In this document: positions 56,601 to 64,000 of the stretch, in pieces
Numbering within the stretch: the first letter of the stretch is position 1
How the letters are laid out: every line of letters begins with the position of its first letter
NCBI GenBank assembly: GCA_044226015.1
Contig: JBGAHS010000001.1
Location: 928,001 to 992,000 of the forward strand
Direction of reading: 5' to 3'
Length of the DNA: 64,000 bases
Source: Candidatus Obscuribacteraceae bacterium
GTDB lineage: Bacteria > Cyanobacteriota > Vampirovibrionia > Obscuribacterales > Obscuribacteraceae
The notes under the pieces: generated by a model
Seen by the model: the letters and a program-made list of their open reading frames with translations, nothing else
What the model was told of the DNA's origin: nothing
Database searches by the model: none
Made by a program: the position numbers and the translations under genes

Positions 56601-58479
56601 AATTGAACTCGATTTGACGGGACCTATGCCAATTCTGAATATACCGGCAAGCTCGATATCAGGAACTCTGCGATTTAGCACAAGTATCAGGGCTTCAATA
56701 AATGCGCCTTCGTTGACCCTTTCTTCTGGTGCGGTCCTAGATGCACCCAACTCTATTTTGTTCAGCGGGACAAGGCTAACAAACTCTGGAATCATAAATG
56801 CTGCTGCCTTTGAAGTAATTTCGCCATCCTCAAGCTTTAAGTTTGATAATCTGGCTGCCGGTCAATCTAACATTTCAAACCTGGTTTTACCGTCTGATTT
56901 TGCACCGTCTTCCATTTCTATTGCCAACAATTTTGGTGGAAAGTTTGTCACAGCTGTCAGTTTTGCCAATGTTCAACTTTCATCGGGGCTTTTACCCAGA
57001 ATTGCAAGTGTGACCCCGGGCTCCTCTACTACGAAAGCTACGGTTCTCAATTTCAGTCTTCCCGGTGCCACTGCCCATCTTGCAGGTGTCTTGAAGAGTA
57101 GCGGCTCTCTGTCAATAAATGCTGTTTCCGCTAAACTAGGTAGCGTTTTAACCCCTACCAATCTGACGCTGGACTCAGGGAGTGATTTGTCCGCAGATAA
57201 CGGTATATCCATAAAGTCTACTGGTACCGTGTTTTTGGATGGAAATCTAAGCGCAGGTTTGTTGGTCGGTGTCCCATTAAACACTCAACTAAGCGCATCT
57301 TACGTACAGAAAGCCGGAGGCTTATCCGTATTGGCACCTATCATTAGTTTGGGAGCTTCTCATTTAATCAGTTCATCCGGCGGCAATTTGCTTTTAACTA
57401 CTAGCTCAGGCGACCTGCATTTGGGAAGCGCCAATACTCTCAGGGCTAATGGTGGAAACATTATTCTGTTAGCATCTGGCAATCTGAGCGGAGCTGCATC
57501 AAACAATTTGGTTGCTGTATCAGTTGGAACCCCGACTAAGTCCACTGGTGGTGGTATCGAGATTGGTGCAGGATCGACAAAATCCATACTTTCCTCAGTT
57601 TTGAGTCTTGCAGCAGGTACTGTGACAGGCACCTTTGCGAGTTTCTCTACCGTCAACAACTCCAGTGGAACAAGTGGTGTTGTTCTGAGTAATGGAACTG
57701 TTGAAGTTGGACCGTCCCTTATGAATCAGGCTCTGTTAAACCTATCTGGCGGAGCTATCATCTTTCACTCACAAGCAGGCAAGAATGTGCAGTTAGATGG
57801 AGCAAGCTTTTCTGTCGCTGCATTCAAGCCTATTTCATACACAGCTTCTGCGAATGTTCAAACTAAGCGAAAAATGTTTGATAGCGCATCTGAAAACAAA
57901 GCTGCTGCTCATATGTTCATTCCTGCTAAGGATGGAGCAGAAGTTTTCTGTCTTGTTCATGAGCACCGCCTTGAGAACAGTGCCGCTCTCAGTCTTGAGC
58001 GTGGCGAGTTCTTTCTAAGTCCAGAGATTGATGTTGAAATTGCAACGCCGTTAGCAAATGTGAAATGTCGGAAGGGAGCTCTCCTTGGAATTTCTTACAT
58101 TGGTTCTATGCTGAGGGTTCTAAACTGCGGTTATTCGGGCGGAGTTAGCTTTGATTTGAATGGAACCCAAGTGTCCGTGGATGCCGGTGAGGAGATGATA
58201 ATATCCAGAACGCGGATTGGAGATAGTGATTTTTGGAATCACGACAACTTAGGTCGTAGAAACATAAAACACCACGCTGGTGCGCGGAGTCTTTATGTGA
58301 GTTCTTGTGATGTTTCTCTTTTCGGTTTTTTGTCGGCTGCTAAGCACCTTGCTGGCCTGCGACAACCGAAGCTTGAATTTGAGAAGAGAATCCAAGCCAA
58401 GATTCTCAAAACCGCAACTGCTCTCAATATCGCAACTGCCAATCGAGGCACTTACAGCACGAAGCCATTGTATCGATAA
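50608..58479 (+). CDS. Giant (>=2623 aa) adhesin-like exoprotein with CAP domain and Gly-rich region
   Basis: ITGDPTF motif; beta-rich repeats; CAP segment ~52375-52794; GGxGG region ~53100-53900; shared C-terminal domain. Confidence 0.85.
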   Translation: MLITQASVVRAQQVGDFNLGSASKSGSNLLSGGQSATIRVAGTNKVVHPGMLLTAAEQVALSQVLSTGHQNIRLNGAGIAVGGQFSIDTGLISASSNLRIPQNVTGYIDFSQQSALSISGNLINRGTLLAFSTNAMSPSGTLSAKNIVNYASISSVLPSTFFAAGQAIPNFNLVLSAVNRITNFGTISSSGALSLIAPNAVVNSSQVINQTIPASLQAQSNLNIITNNIINSGNLTSIAGNVNLQCLSGSTLKINNVGGTISALLGDIKVTNLVSSTLANLELRGGDYISSNLNLFCPAGEVSADLNRVTGWINVEACKANVGAATPNLKLGDLKITGDPTFFNSGGSLTLASLSNTGGFDLALIASHDIIVAGGTIDTTNPSGGNGGNLTIIAGVDFSGGISGAGDTSTLLTLTGPSSTGGAIDLSAVSLINTSGTLTKSNNGGSGGNVFVAAFNGAKNGTLEPGTVNFGTSGVVNTAGGGRGDSNNGNASGNLTVIAGAAADPSAAAAIILPAIFTRTDPSYSQAGVSGGAVSIFTATPVINGTVTVLNGTLGGAGNITNGAQQNASISIASTGGGSNIIVNPTYSQWQLDQMNAALASINAKRALDAPSLPPLKLSPSLSTLAMQQAIYLAQTGHLGHFTVQGGSPVDRARVLGLSSACCAENSGFSSGLTVQGGFDIVNAAMFQESNTPGTHRYNLVGTSANHNNYVGFGFVTVGTDMYFVEEFSRTDPGVAKSSIPSSSLYGGLGAQAGNRAVPPVKAGVNNSLQSVGGTNYLPTSIVAGADIILNAGQKVSLSGSIIANGAAGIQSNTGGSLDAKNGASVSISAGGDISLFNIQSGGGSGATSNSSGLGAGGDGGIVSVTSMNGNISILPSVASCSPCVAVAAQGGAGGQALFPGAVGGDGGKGGSISLSAPNGSISVSSIEAGGGGGGGGAGGLAKGGSGGAGGSGGIVSLSAKNLLVQEYVNASGGGGGGAGGSGLDSGGGGGGAAFGMGGFGGASSSLKAGGGGGGGAQIPGFGGPTSAVNYSLESGGNGSNGSRGKGGNVGIVGAGGTGGAGIGGALSSGGAGGDMGLAGKSVGAASGGASGNGGSINLNGDQVEVLSVVSGFWGKTSVKYGTNSLLAIGPSGTVTVSSTGGLTSSPVLNALADYSSSKATLSVPLGNNFTVGSLAGKNGTAGAISAGPQSNSITINGVGLSNSIERRSFVTAGSAYVTIVENSLPVLFNSNSKATPAELVAIEQVLFEGGQTVVLDSNGTAVGGSITLQSRNIPAAGFSTLVLPPNVSLFDQVDNLSYSESVSIYGTFQYNGSSTLAKLTTPSIVNSNSISSGNSAISLIVQSPLGQKLAVSGNGNFSAGTIRFVGSGGRVIFLSSPQLTANNVYIDARDSVQVFSGQSVSALGANVIVTTGAIFNPQFVGSKNAFNLAPIGTTIGVIANSDGDLVLDKSILVNTNGKNLALLASGNIISSGLASINLSNSKGNGGSLLAIAGVSFTPLTTGQKIDTSSVFDITGVSATGGSINFSNTSINTSSSSKILGADSGGNITLVANSVSGFSAGVVLTGSIDASSSMGKAGSLSIFASGGIVTGKINAQGTYAGGAVSLTSAPAVLSGVEVSNGYLMPISTISSSPVINSGAAVLVNGGIVSSSGMGAAGAISIVAGSNILVAGTINSGARSSAGSVSLNSLSGSIVIGGSIIASGLPGTSSLSPGSAAPVRISVPQFAAINGSIDTSGGKALVSGQNGGSGADINISTSNQDDLLNGFYSGNVSISGYLNSSGGSVFAKNVGVGGNAGTVFLRAGALQIKGFTSAASVLASAGTGPSANGTSGSISIYTYAVQPIPSNFNLLSSAASEYAIPGALFTTGTGSVVNGVSGNLVSGSQSLNKNTAASIYSGTTGNTNISVSVAGGTQSLNIAGSTALIGPGSASKRSKVTPAVALALNQVSLGNKQTLGINAAHQANSLNPQGGGSKISIPAHALPRTFSSFVLESQGNKSGIELDLTGPMPILNIPASSISGTLRFSTSIRASINAPSLTLSSGAVLDAPNSILFSGTRLTNSGIINAAAFEVISPSSSFKFDNLAAGQSNISNLVLPSDFAPSSISIANNFGGKFVTAVSFANVQLSSGLLPRIASVTPGSSTTKATVLNFSLPGATAHLAGVLKSSGSLSINAVSAKLGSVLTPTNLTLDSGSDLSADNGISIKSTGTVFLDGNLSAGLLVGVPLNTQLSASYVQKAGGLSVLAPIISLGASHLISSSGGNLLLTTSSGDLHLGSANTLRANGGNIILLASGNLSGAASNNLVAVSVGTPTKSTGGGIEIGAGSTKSILSSVLSLAAGTVTGTFASFSTVNNSSGTSGVVLSNGTVEVGPSLMNQALLNLSGGAIIFHSQAGKNVQLDGASFSVAAFKPISYTASANVQTKRKMFDSASENKAAAHMFIPAKDGAEVFCLVHEHRLENSAALSLERGEFFLSPEIDVEIATPLANVKCRKGALLGISYIGSMLRVLNCGYSGGVSFDLNGTQVSVDAGEEMIISRTRIGDSDFWNHDNLGRRNIKHHAGARSLYVSSCDVSLFGFLSAAKHLAGLRQPKLEFEKRIQAKILKTATALNIATANRGTYSTKPLYR
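56511..56520 (+). repeat. G10 homopolymer within the giant CDS
   Basis: cca cag ggg ggg ggg tca. Confidence 0.9.
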
Positions 58480-58507
58480 CCATATTTGGCAACGCTTGGA
58501 ACTACAG

Positions 58508-59284
58508 TTAAAGCACTCGTTTTAGCACCCAGGACCTGTCGGTTGCGGTGAGTTTGTTTGAAGGAACGAAAGACCTTGCGAGCACAGGGAGTACTTTTGT
58601 TGGGTCGCAAAAGTATATGCCAGAGCCAAAGGCTGGGTTTGATTCGATAACCGCCCATTTTGAATTGTCTAGCAATCCAACGTCTAGTACTGCAGCTGGT
58701 GGCAACTTAAGTTCGGTGTCAGCAAGAATGTCTTCAACAAACCGACTAGCTTTTGCGTGCATTTCGCTGGAGCCCTTGTCAGTTGCCAGTTCTCCATTAA
58801 CAGCGTAGAGCGAGCCCGTCGCAACAGTACGTTCTAAAATGAAAAAGCGATACTCCAAAGTCCATTTTACGACATCGGAAATTAGTACAGGAATATTTCC
58901 GGGAAGTAATTCCGAGGCTTTGATTGAGCTGCCATTTTTGTAAACAGAAGCGGCGAAACTTTTGTCATCGGCTGGTTTAGCGAAGAGTTCGCCTTCTCGT
59001 TTTCTTGCCTCTTCAAGAGTTGTTAGTTCAATATTTCTGCACCGATATTTTGATGGGAGATTTGGTAGCCAGTCAAATCGAGGTTCGATCAATGCATAGT
59101 TAAATGTCTCTGCCATGAGGGCAACAAAAAGTGGCTCGCCATAGGCCATAAGGTCATTCCGTCCTGAATGCTCGGTAGGTGGCTGCCAGGTTTCAAGCCT
59201 CAGTGTCTCGTAGTTGGATTCTCGAGCAGCATGTTCTATTGCTTCTGAACTGGGATTCTTTCGTGGTGGGAGAAGTAGTAACAT
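58508..59284 (-). CDS. ATP-grasp domain protein (DUF4343-like)
   Basis: FAKPADDKSF, EYRFFI, VLDVG..WAVIESNPAFGSGIY. Confidence 0.85.
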   Translation of the reverse strand: MLLLLPPRKNPSSEAIEHAARESNYETLRLETWQPPTEHSGRNDLMAYGEPLFVALMAETFNYALIEPRFDWLPNLPSKYRCRNIELTTLEEARKREGELFAKPADDKSFAASVYKNGSSIKASELLPGNIPVLISDVVKWTLEYRFFILERTVATGSLYAVNGELATDKGSSEMHAKASRFVEDILADTELKLPPAAVLDVGLLDNSKWAVIESNPAFGSGIYFCDPTKVLPVLARSFVPSNKLTATDRSWVLKRVL

Positions 59285-59373
59285 AAGCCCTAATGATTTA
59301 TTGGGGATGGATTGAACAGCCTATGGCTTGGTATTCTGTCCATCTTATCGTAGTGGAAAAAATTTTGCTTGTG

Positions 59374-59859
59374 TCAGCTAGCCATCGCCTTTTTTAGATC
59401 AAGAGCGTCACCTTCCAGCCTGTATCTCGTCCACCCAGCTACTGGTTTTGCACCAATTCGCTCGTAGAAATCAATTGCCATTTCATTCCAATTTAAAACT
59501 GACCATTCGAATCTTTTGCATCCACGCTCTCTTGCAAGCTTCGACAAAAACTGCATTAATGCTGCTCCCATTCCCGTTTTGCGGTAGGCTGTGCGAACGA
59601 ATAAGTCTTCAAGGTAGAGAGTTTGCGTTCCTTCCCAAGTGGAGTATGTGTGGAAAAATAATGCGAATCCTGCAGGGCGTTCGTCGATTTCGGCAATGAT
59701 GCACTCAAAAGGAGGTTGCGGCGAGTTTAACTCACGAACTAAATCTGCCGGCGTAATCTTCACTGCTGCTGTTTCTCGCTCATATTCCGCTAATTCATAA
59801 ATCATCGAATAGATTAGCTCTGCATCGTTTGCATTTGCCATGCGAATTGAAATGGACAT
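59374..59859 (-). CDS. GNAT N-acetyltransferase (spermidine/spermine acetyltransferase-like)
   Basis: ELAEYE, YSTWEG..LYLEDLFV..YRKTGMG, EWSVLNWN..AIDFY. Confidence 0.92.
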   Translation of the reverse strand: MSISIRMANANDAELIYSMIYELAEYERETAAVKITPADLVRELNSPQPPFECIIAEIDERPAGFALFFHTYSTWEGTQTLYLEDLFVRTAYRKTGMGAALMQFLSKLARERGCKRFEWSVLNWNEMAIDFYERIGAKPVAGWTRYRLEGDALDLKKAMAS

Positions 59860-59974
59860 CTCTTTGCTCCCATGTGGTGGAAGTTCAATCTATCGTTAAA
59901 GGGAGAGCTTGTAAAATTTTTCATCATTTGATACAAAAGAAGAATATTTGTAATATTCATAACATTTTGATTTC

Positions 59975-60631
59975 ATGCTTAAAGTAAGCGACATAGTAAA
60001 AGAACTTCTTTACTCTTCAGAGCCTGAGCTGACGGTGCTCTCACGCGACTTACTCAACTTGTCTGCCTATGCTAAAAGAATTCAACCTGAGGTTGAGCGG
60101 CGGGCACGTAAACCTGTTCAAACGGGCACCATAGTGGTGGCTCTTTCTCGCATTGCTGCACAAATAACAGAGGAAGACCCGCTTATTCCAAAGATAGAAT
60201 TAGAAGGACTTTCGCTGAAATCCAACTTGGTCGAGATTGCATTCAATAAGAGTTCAGCTAATAAATTGCGCGTTCAAAAATTGTATTCTGAGAAGGAATT
60301 TGCGCAGGCCGATTTCCTCACCATAACTTATGGCGCTGGCGAGGTTTCCATTTTTGCTCCGATGACTCATACTAAATCCATCTTAAGCATATTCAAACCT
60401 GACAAGCCCAAGTTGGTTCTCGACCATTTGGCTGCACTTACAGTGCAGTTTGGCGACCAGTACATTGATACTCCGAACATGTACTTTGCTCTGATGCGTG
60501 CTATTTCTGTGCGCAAGTTGAATATTGTGGAATTGATTTCTACCTTTACTGAACTCACTTTTCTCGTGCGACAGAGTGATGTAAATGAACTCTTTCAACT
60601 TATGAGTTCTCTCATGCGTCAACGGAAGTGA
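59975..60631 (+). CDS. ACT-domain protein (aspartate-kinase-like regulatory domain, no kinase domain)
   Basis: LLNLSAYAKRI..IVVALSR N-terminus; TPNMYF..LNIVELISTFTELTF. Confidence 0.75.
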   Translation: MLKVSDIVKELLYSSEPELTVLSRDLLNLSAYAKRIQPEVERRARKPVQTGTIVVALSRIAAQITEEDPLIPKIELEGLSLKSNLVEIAFNKSSANKLRVQKLYSEKEFAQADFLTITYGAGEVSIFAPMTHTKSILSIFKPDKPKLVLDHLAALTVQFGDQYIDTPNMYFALMRAISVRKLNIVELISTFTELTFLVRQSDVNELFQLMSSLMRQRK

Positions 60632-60692
60632 TTGAATGAAGAATTTCGTTCTGCGTGCGATAATACTTAGCCGACCATGAAGAGGATTCGTG

Positions 60693-61292
60693 ATGACAAA
60701 GGCAAGTACACTTCTAGACATGTTGGGCGCTGGTAAGGTTCCTCCAAAGCTCGCTGACACAGCAATAATTATCGTGGATGCGCAGCGTGAATATCTGGAT
60801 GGAAGTGTTCCACTATGTGGAATTGATGACGCGCTTGTCGAAATAAAGAAGATTCTCTCTCGAGCCAGAGCCATAAAGGCACCAGTTTTTCATGTTGTGC
60901 ATCACACCGTATCTGGTGCTCCGATTTTTGACCCTGATGGACCTATGTCAGCTATTATTGATGCAGTTAAACCAACAGATAGTGAGCAAGTCGTTAAGAA
61001 AAATCTGCCAAGTGCTTTCGTCAACACAGAACTCGATGCATTTCTCAAGGAATGCGGAAAAAAAGAGCTCGTAATTACCGGTTTTATGACTCATATGTGC
61101 ATCAACGCGACAACTCGCAGCGCGGTAGATTTAGGCTATAGTCCGACAATTGTCGCCAACGCTTGTGCAAGCAGAGATTTACCTTCTCCCACTGGCGGTG
61201 TTGTTCCTGCCGCAGAAGTGCATCGTAGCAATTTAGCCTCTCTGGCTGACCTGCTTGCTTGCATCTGCAAGACTTCAGACGATTTGAAATAG
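60693..61292 (+). CDS. Isochorismatase/cysteine hydrolase family protein
   Basis: IIVDAQREY, KNLPSAF, GFMTHMCINATTR. Confidence 0.92.
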   Translation: MTKASTLLDMLGAGKVPPKLADTAIIIVDAQREYLDGSVPLCGIDDALVEIKKILSRARAIKAPVFHVVHHTVSGAPIFDPDGPMSAIIDAVKPTDSEQVVKKNLPSAFVNTELDAFLKECGKKELVITGFMTHMCINATTRSAVDLGYSPTIVANACASRDLPSPTGGVVPAAEVHRSNLASLADLLACICKTSDDLK

Positions 61293-61351
61293 GCAATGTT
61301 AATTTACTAAGTCTCAATCAGTCAAGAATGAAGAAGAAAGAATATCGCAAT

Positions 61352-62050
61352 TTATTTGATAGCAAGTGAACTCTTGAGTTTAGCGACCTGTGCTGCTATT
61401 TGTTTGGCTTCCGATGTCCTTTTTTGCTTTTGCAAAAGCATCAGCTTGGTGTTTAGCCAAAGATAGCGAGCAAACATTGGCTTGCTTTCGCCACTGTTCT
61501 GCAACCCCGCTGAATAATTTAAATTTCTATCGGCTGCGGCAAGGTCTCCGCTTTTCAAATAGGATAAAGTTTCAAATGCTGCGATGTAAGCTTGGTCTGT
61601 CAGTGTGGATGAGCCACTGTAAGTTCCTGTATAACCGCTTTTAATTAGCTCTCTAAGTTCTGGCATTAAAGGAGCAATTTCGTCGTACTTGCCCAAGGCA
61701 TACTTGCACTCTGCTAGCTTTTCTAGTGTCATGATTGAGAAGTTATGTACATTCACTAGATTAGCTGATTCGCCGGAATAGAGAGCTTTCATGATATCGG
61801 GGCGTTCATCTTTTGGACGCTTTCTCAAATCAGCGAGGACTTGAAACAATAATTGCTCGGCTTCAGCATATTGAGTACTGTCAAACTTATGTGATGCTTC
61901 AAAGTACAGCTCACTAGGCCTGATGCTAGCAGCGAAGGACGCTCCGCTTGTGGAGTTCAGAGAGACTAACAATAGTGTGCAAATTGGTACTAACGAGGTA
62001 GATAGCCAATTTCGGCATAGTCCGAGCGGCTTTTGTAGTTTGATTCCCAT
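61352..62050 (-). CDS. Secreted TPR-like hypothetical protein
   Basis: Signal-like N-terminus; YAEAEQLL, LAECKYALGKYDE. Confidence 0.7.
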   Translation of the reverse strand: MGIKLQKPLGLCRNWLSTSLVPICTLLLVSLNSTSGASFAASIRPSELYFEASHKFDSTQYAEAEQLLFQVLADLRKRPKDERPDIMKALYSGESANLVNVHNFSIMTLEKLAECKYALGKYDEIAPLMPELRELIKSGYTGTYSGSSTLTDQAYIAAFETLSYLKSGDLAAADRNLNYSAGLQNSGESKPMFARYLWLNTKLMLLQKQKRTSEAKQIAAQVAKLKSSLAIK

Positions 62051-62285
62051 CTTAAACCTCCGTTTAATTCAACGTTATTTGAAATGATTTGAATTGGATT
62101 GGATTTCGAGCAGGAATGCGATGTAGTAGAACCGTTAATAGCCGAATAGATGTTATAACGAAATAGCTTTCCGTTGCCATCGACAGGTTCGTTTAATCAA
62201 TTGCGTGTATATAGTGCGGAATTTTGCACGTGTCTTGCACGCAACTCTGATTATTCTTGTTCCATAAGTCGGTGAGGGAATTGAA

Positions 62286-62834
62286 ATGGCTGATACAGCA
62301 ATGAATGAAACAAGATCAACTGAAAAGTCAGGCGAACAATTGCAGAGTGCAATGGACTCAGTTAAGAGCAATGATGACGTAAATAACCTCGCTAATCAAA
62401 CGCTTCGTGATATGAATAGCATGGATGGTAAGGCTTTTCGCGATATGGTCGGGCAAGCCATGATGAAGGAAGGGTTTGGCGGATACAACAACAAAGGTAT
62501 GGACATTGCCGAGCTTAGACTGGACAAGGAAGGCAATATAAAGGAGCTCAGCTTCACCAATCCATTCTCGAAAGATAAGGATCATGACAGAGTCACGCTA
62601 AAGAAAGGCGATAATGCTGCAGTAAATACCAAGTTGTCTGACAAATGTCTCTGGGCTGTTTCACCTTCGGGTGGTGGCGGAACTAACGATCTAGGAGCAC
62701 CTGTTGCCGCAGGTTTCGAGGATATGCTCAAAACTATTACGCAGAAGTTGAACAAGAAATGTGCTGACCTTCAAGAGGGAATGTGGGATAGAAATCGAGT
62801 CTATAACACAGAATCTCATAAGAACTGGAAATAA
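62286..62834 (+). CDS. Hypothetical protein
   Basis: 182-aa ORF; GAGGG RBS; terminator downstream. Confidence 0.72.
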   Translation: MADTAMNETRSTEKSGEQLQSAMDSVKSNDDVNNLANQTLRDMNSMDGKAFRDMVGQAMMKEGFGGYNNKGMDIAELRLDKEGNIKELSFTNPFSKDKDHDRVTLKKGDNAAVNTKLSDKCLWAVSPSGGGGTNDLGAPVAAGFEDMLKTITQKLNKKCADLQEGMWDRNRVYNTESHKNWK

Positions 62835-62863
62835 AAGTTTAGGTTGACCGGGTTCGTAAGGCA

Positions 62864-62897
62864 AAAACAGGGAATTGCATATGCGATTCCCTGTTTT
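62864..62897. terminator. Bidirectional intrinsic terminator
   Basis: aaaacagggaattgcat/atgcgattccctgtttt between convergent genes. Confidence 0.8.
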
Positions 62898-62919
62898 ACT
62901 TTGGTACTGTATACGGTGC

Positions 62920-63633
62920 TTAGAATGTTTCGTCAAAGAAGTTCTTCGCGGCTGTCCATGAGCGATTCGCTGCAGACTTGTTGTAGAGAATGCCGTTGTC
63001 TGCCATATTAGCTTCAGGGTTTGTGAAAGCGTGAACGACTCCGCCGTAAGCGTGAATTTGCCAGTCTGCTTTCGCATCGGTCATCTCTTTGGCCACACCT
63101 ATCATGCTGTCTGGTTTAGCCATTGGGTCATCATATCCATGAAGGATCAAAACCTTTGCACTAATTTCTTTCTGTTTGCCGAGTTTTGGTGGGTCGAACA
63201 AACCATGAAAACTGACTGCTGCTTTAAGTCGAGGGTCGGCGCTTCTGGCTAAGTCAAGTGAGCACAAACCGCCAAAGCAATAACCCATTATTCCGATTTT
63301 CTTGCTATCTACATAGGGCAATTTTTCAGCAGCGTCGAGAGCTGCTTTTAAGCGCTTCAAGAGCAGTTCTCTATCATCCATAAAGGGTTGCATTAGCTTT
63401 GCATTCTCTTCCATTGTGTTGCCGCGTTTGCCCTTCCCGTAGATGTCGATTGCAAGACCAACATATCCGAGTTTTGCCAGATCATCTGCTTTCTTTCTTT
63501 CGAAATCGCTCTGACCAGCCCACGCATGCGCGATTAAGATACAAGGCTTTTTATATCTGTCGAGGTCGTCGTAAGAAACATAACCTTCGCACGTAGTTGA
63601 ACCTTCTGTGTACTCGATATATTCTGAAAGCAT
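62920..63633 (-). CDS. Dienelactone hydrolase family protein
   Basis: HAWAG, GYCFGG, SFHG, HGYDDP, HAFTNP. Confidence 0.93.
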   Translation of the reverse strand: MLSEYIEYTEGSTTCEGYVSYDDLDRYKKPCILIAHAWAGQSDFERKKADDLAKLGYVGLAIDIYGKGKRGNTMEENAKLMQPFMDDRELLLKRLKAALDAAEKLPYVDSKKIGIMGYCFGGLCSLDLARSADPRLKAAVSFHGLFDPPKLGKQKEISAKVLILHGYDDPMAKPDSMIGVAKEMTDAKADWQIHAYGGVVHAFTNPEANMADNGILYNKSAANRSWTAAKNFFDETF

Positions 63634-63870
63634 GCCGTGACCCTTTTGTAAGTTCTATTGCCGACAATTCGACGAAGTTGAATTCTAGCACGGTGCATAT
63701 GAATTAGATATGATGCGGGTTCTTCTTGTCAGGCTGAGTGGTCTGAGCTGTCTGTGATTGTGGCTTTCCTGTCGTTTCAATGATTACAATTTTTTGCAGC
63801 TGTAAGTCGCCAGTACTATTTGCAAGTAATTCGCATTCAATTAGAACTCCATATTGAAATCGCCGGAAAA

Positions 63871-63903
63871 GCGAAACGCTTCGTTATTAACGAAGCGTTT
63901 CGC
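63871..63903. terminator. Strong hairpin, likely terminator of a minus-strand gene entering from the window end
   Basis: gcgaaacgcttcgtta-t-taacgaagcgtttcgc with aaaa on the left and a T-run on the right. Confidence 0.7.
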
Positions 63904-63929
63904 AGTGAGTTTTTTTTCTTGGTTCTTGC

Positions 63930-64000
63930 TTATTGTTGGGATGCAACAGATAGCAAATTATGATTCTCAGCTTTAGTTGCAGCTACCAGTGGATTCTCCG
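63930..64000 (-). CDS. Possible C-terminal tail of a gene beyond the window
   Basis: ENPLVAATKAENHNLLSVASQQ* just before the hairpin. Confidence 0.35.
   Translation of the reverse strand, partial: ENPLVAATKAENHNLLSVASQQ

Noticed and set aside
42378..57659. Many short antisense ORFs inside the two giant genes
   Set aside because: Shadow frames of low-complexity Gly/Ser/Thr coding sequence
62225..62241. Sigma54 promoter (TTGCACG-N4-TTGCA)
   Set aside because: The invariant -24 GG is absent

Overview
A 64-kb bacterial chromosomal window. Its gene content (MutS, an SLH protein, many TPR proteins, a Ser/Thr kinase, giant lineage-specific exoproteins) suggests a non-photosynthetic cyanobacterial relative such as Melainabacteria/Vampirovibrionia; this is an inference only. 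Housekeeping and metabolic genes include mutS, glpK, pcp, tpl, an acyl-CoA dehydrogenase, YqeY and tRNA-Leu(CAA). Best candidate for an undescribed system: just downstream of the tRNA, a DUF3800 (RNase H-like) gene converges on a ~58-nt structured small RNA that has its own sigma70-like promoter, a cUACGg-capped hairpin and a U-tract. Also notable: two divergent giant adhesin-like genes (2952 and 2623 aa) sharing an unnamed C-terminal domain and a repeated N-terminal module, one carrying a CAP domain and a G10 tract; a DUF350 gene flanked by two paralogues; a ~160-nt rod-like hairpin; and several intergenic repeats. No CRISPR array, cas gene, rRNA, integrase or transposase was found. All calls come from reading the sequence by eye; no searches were run.
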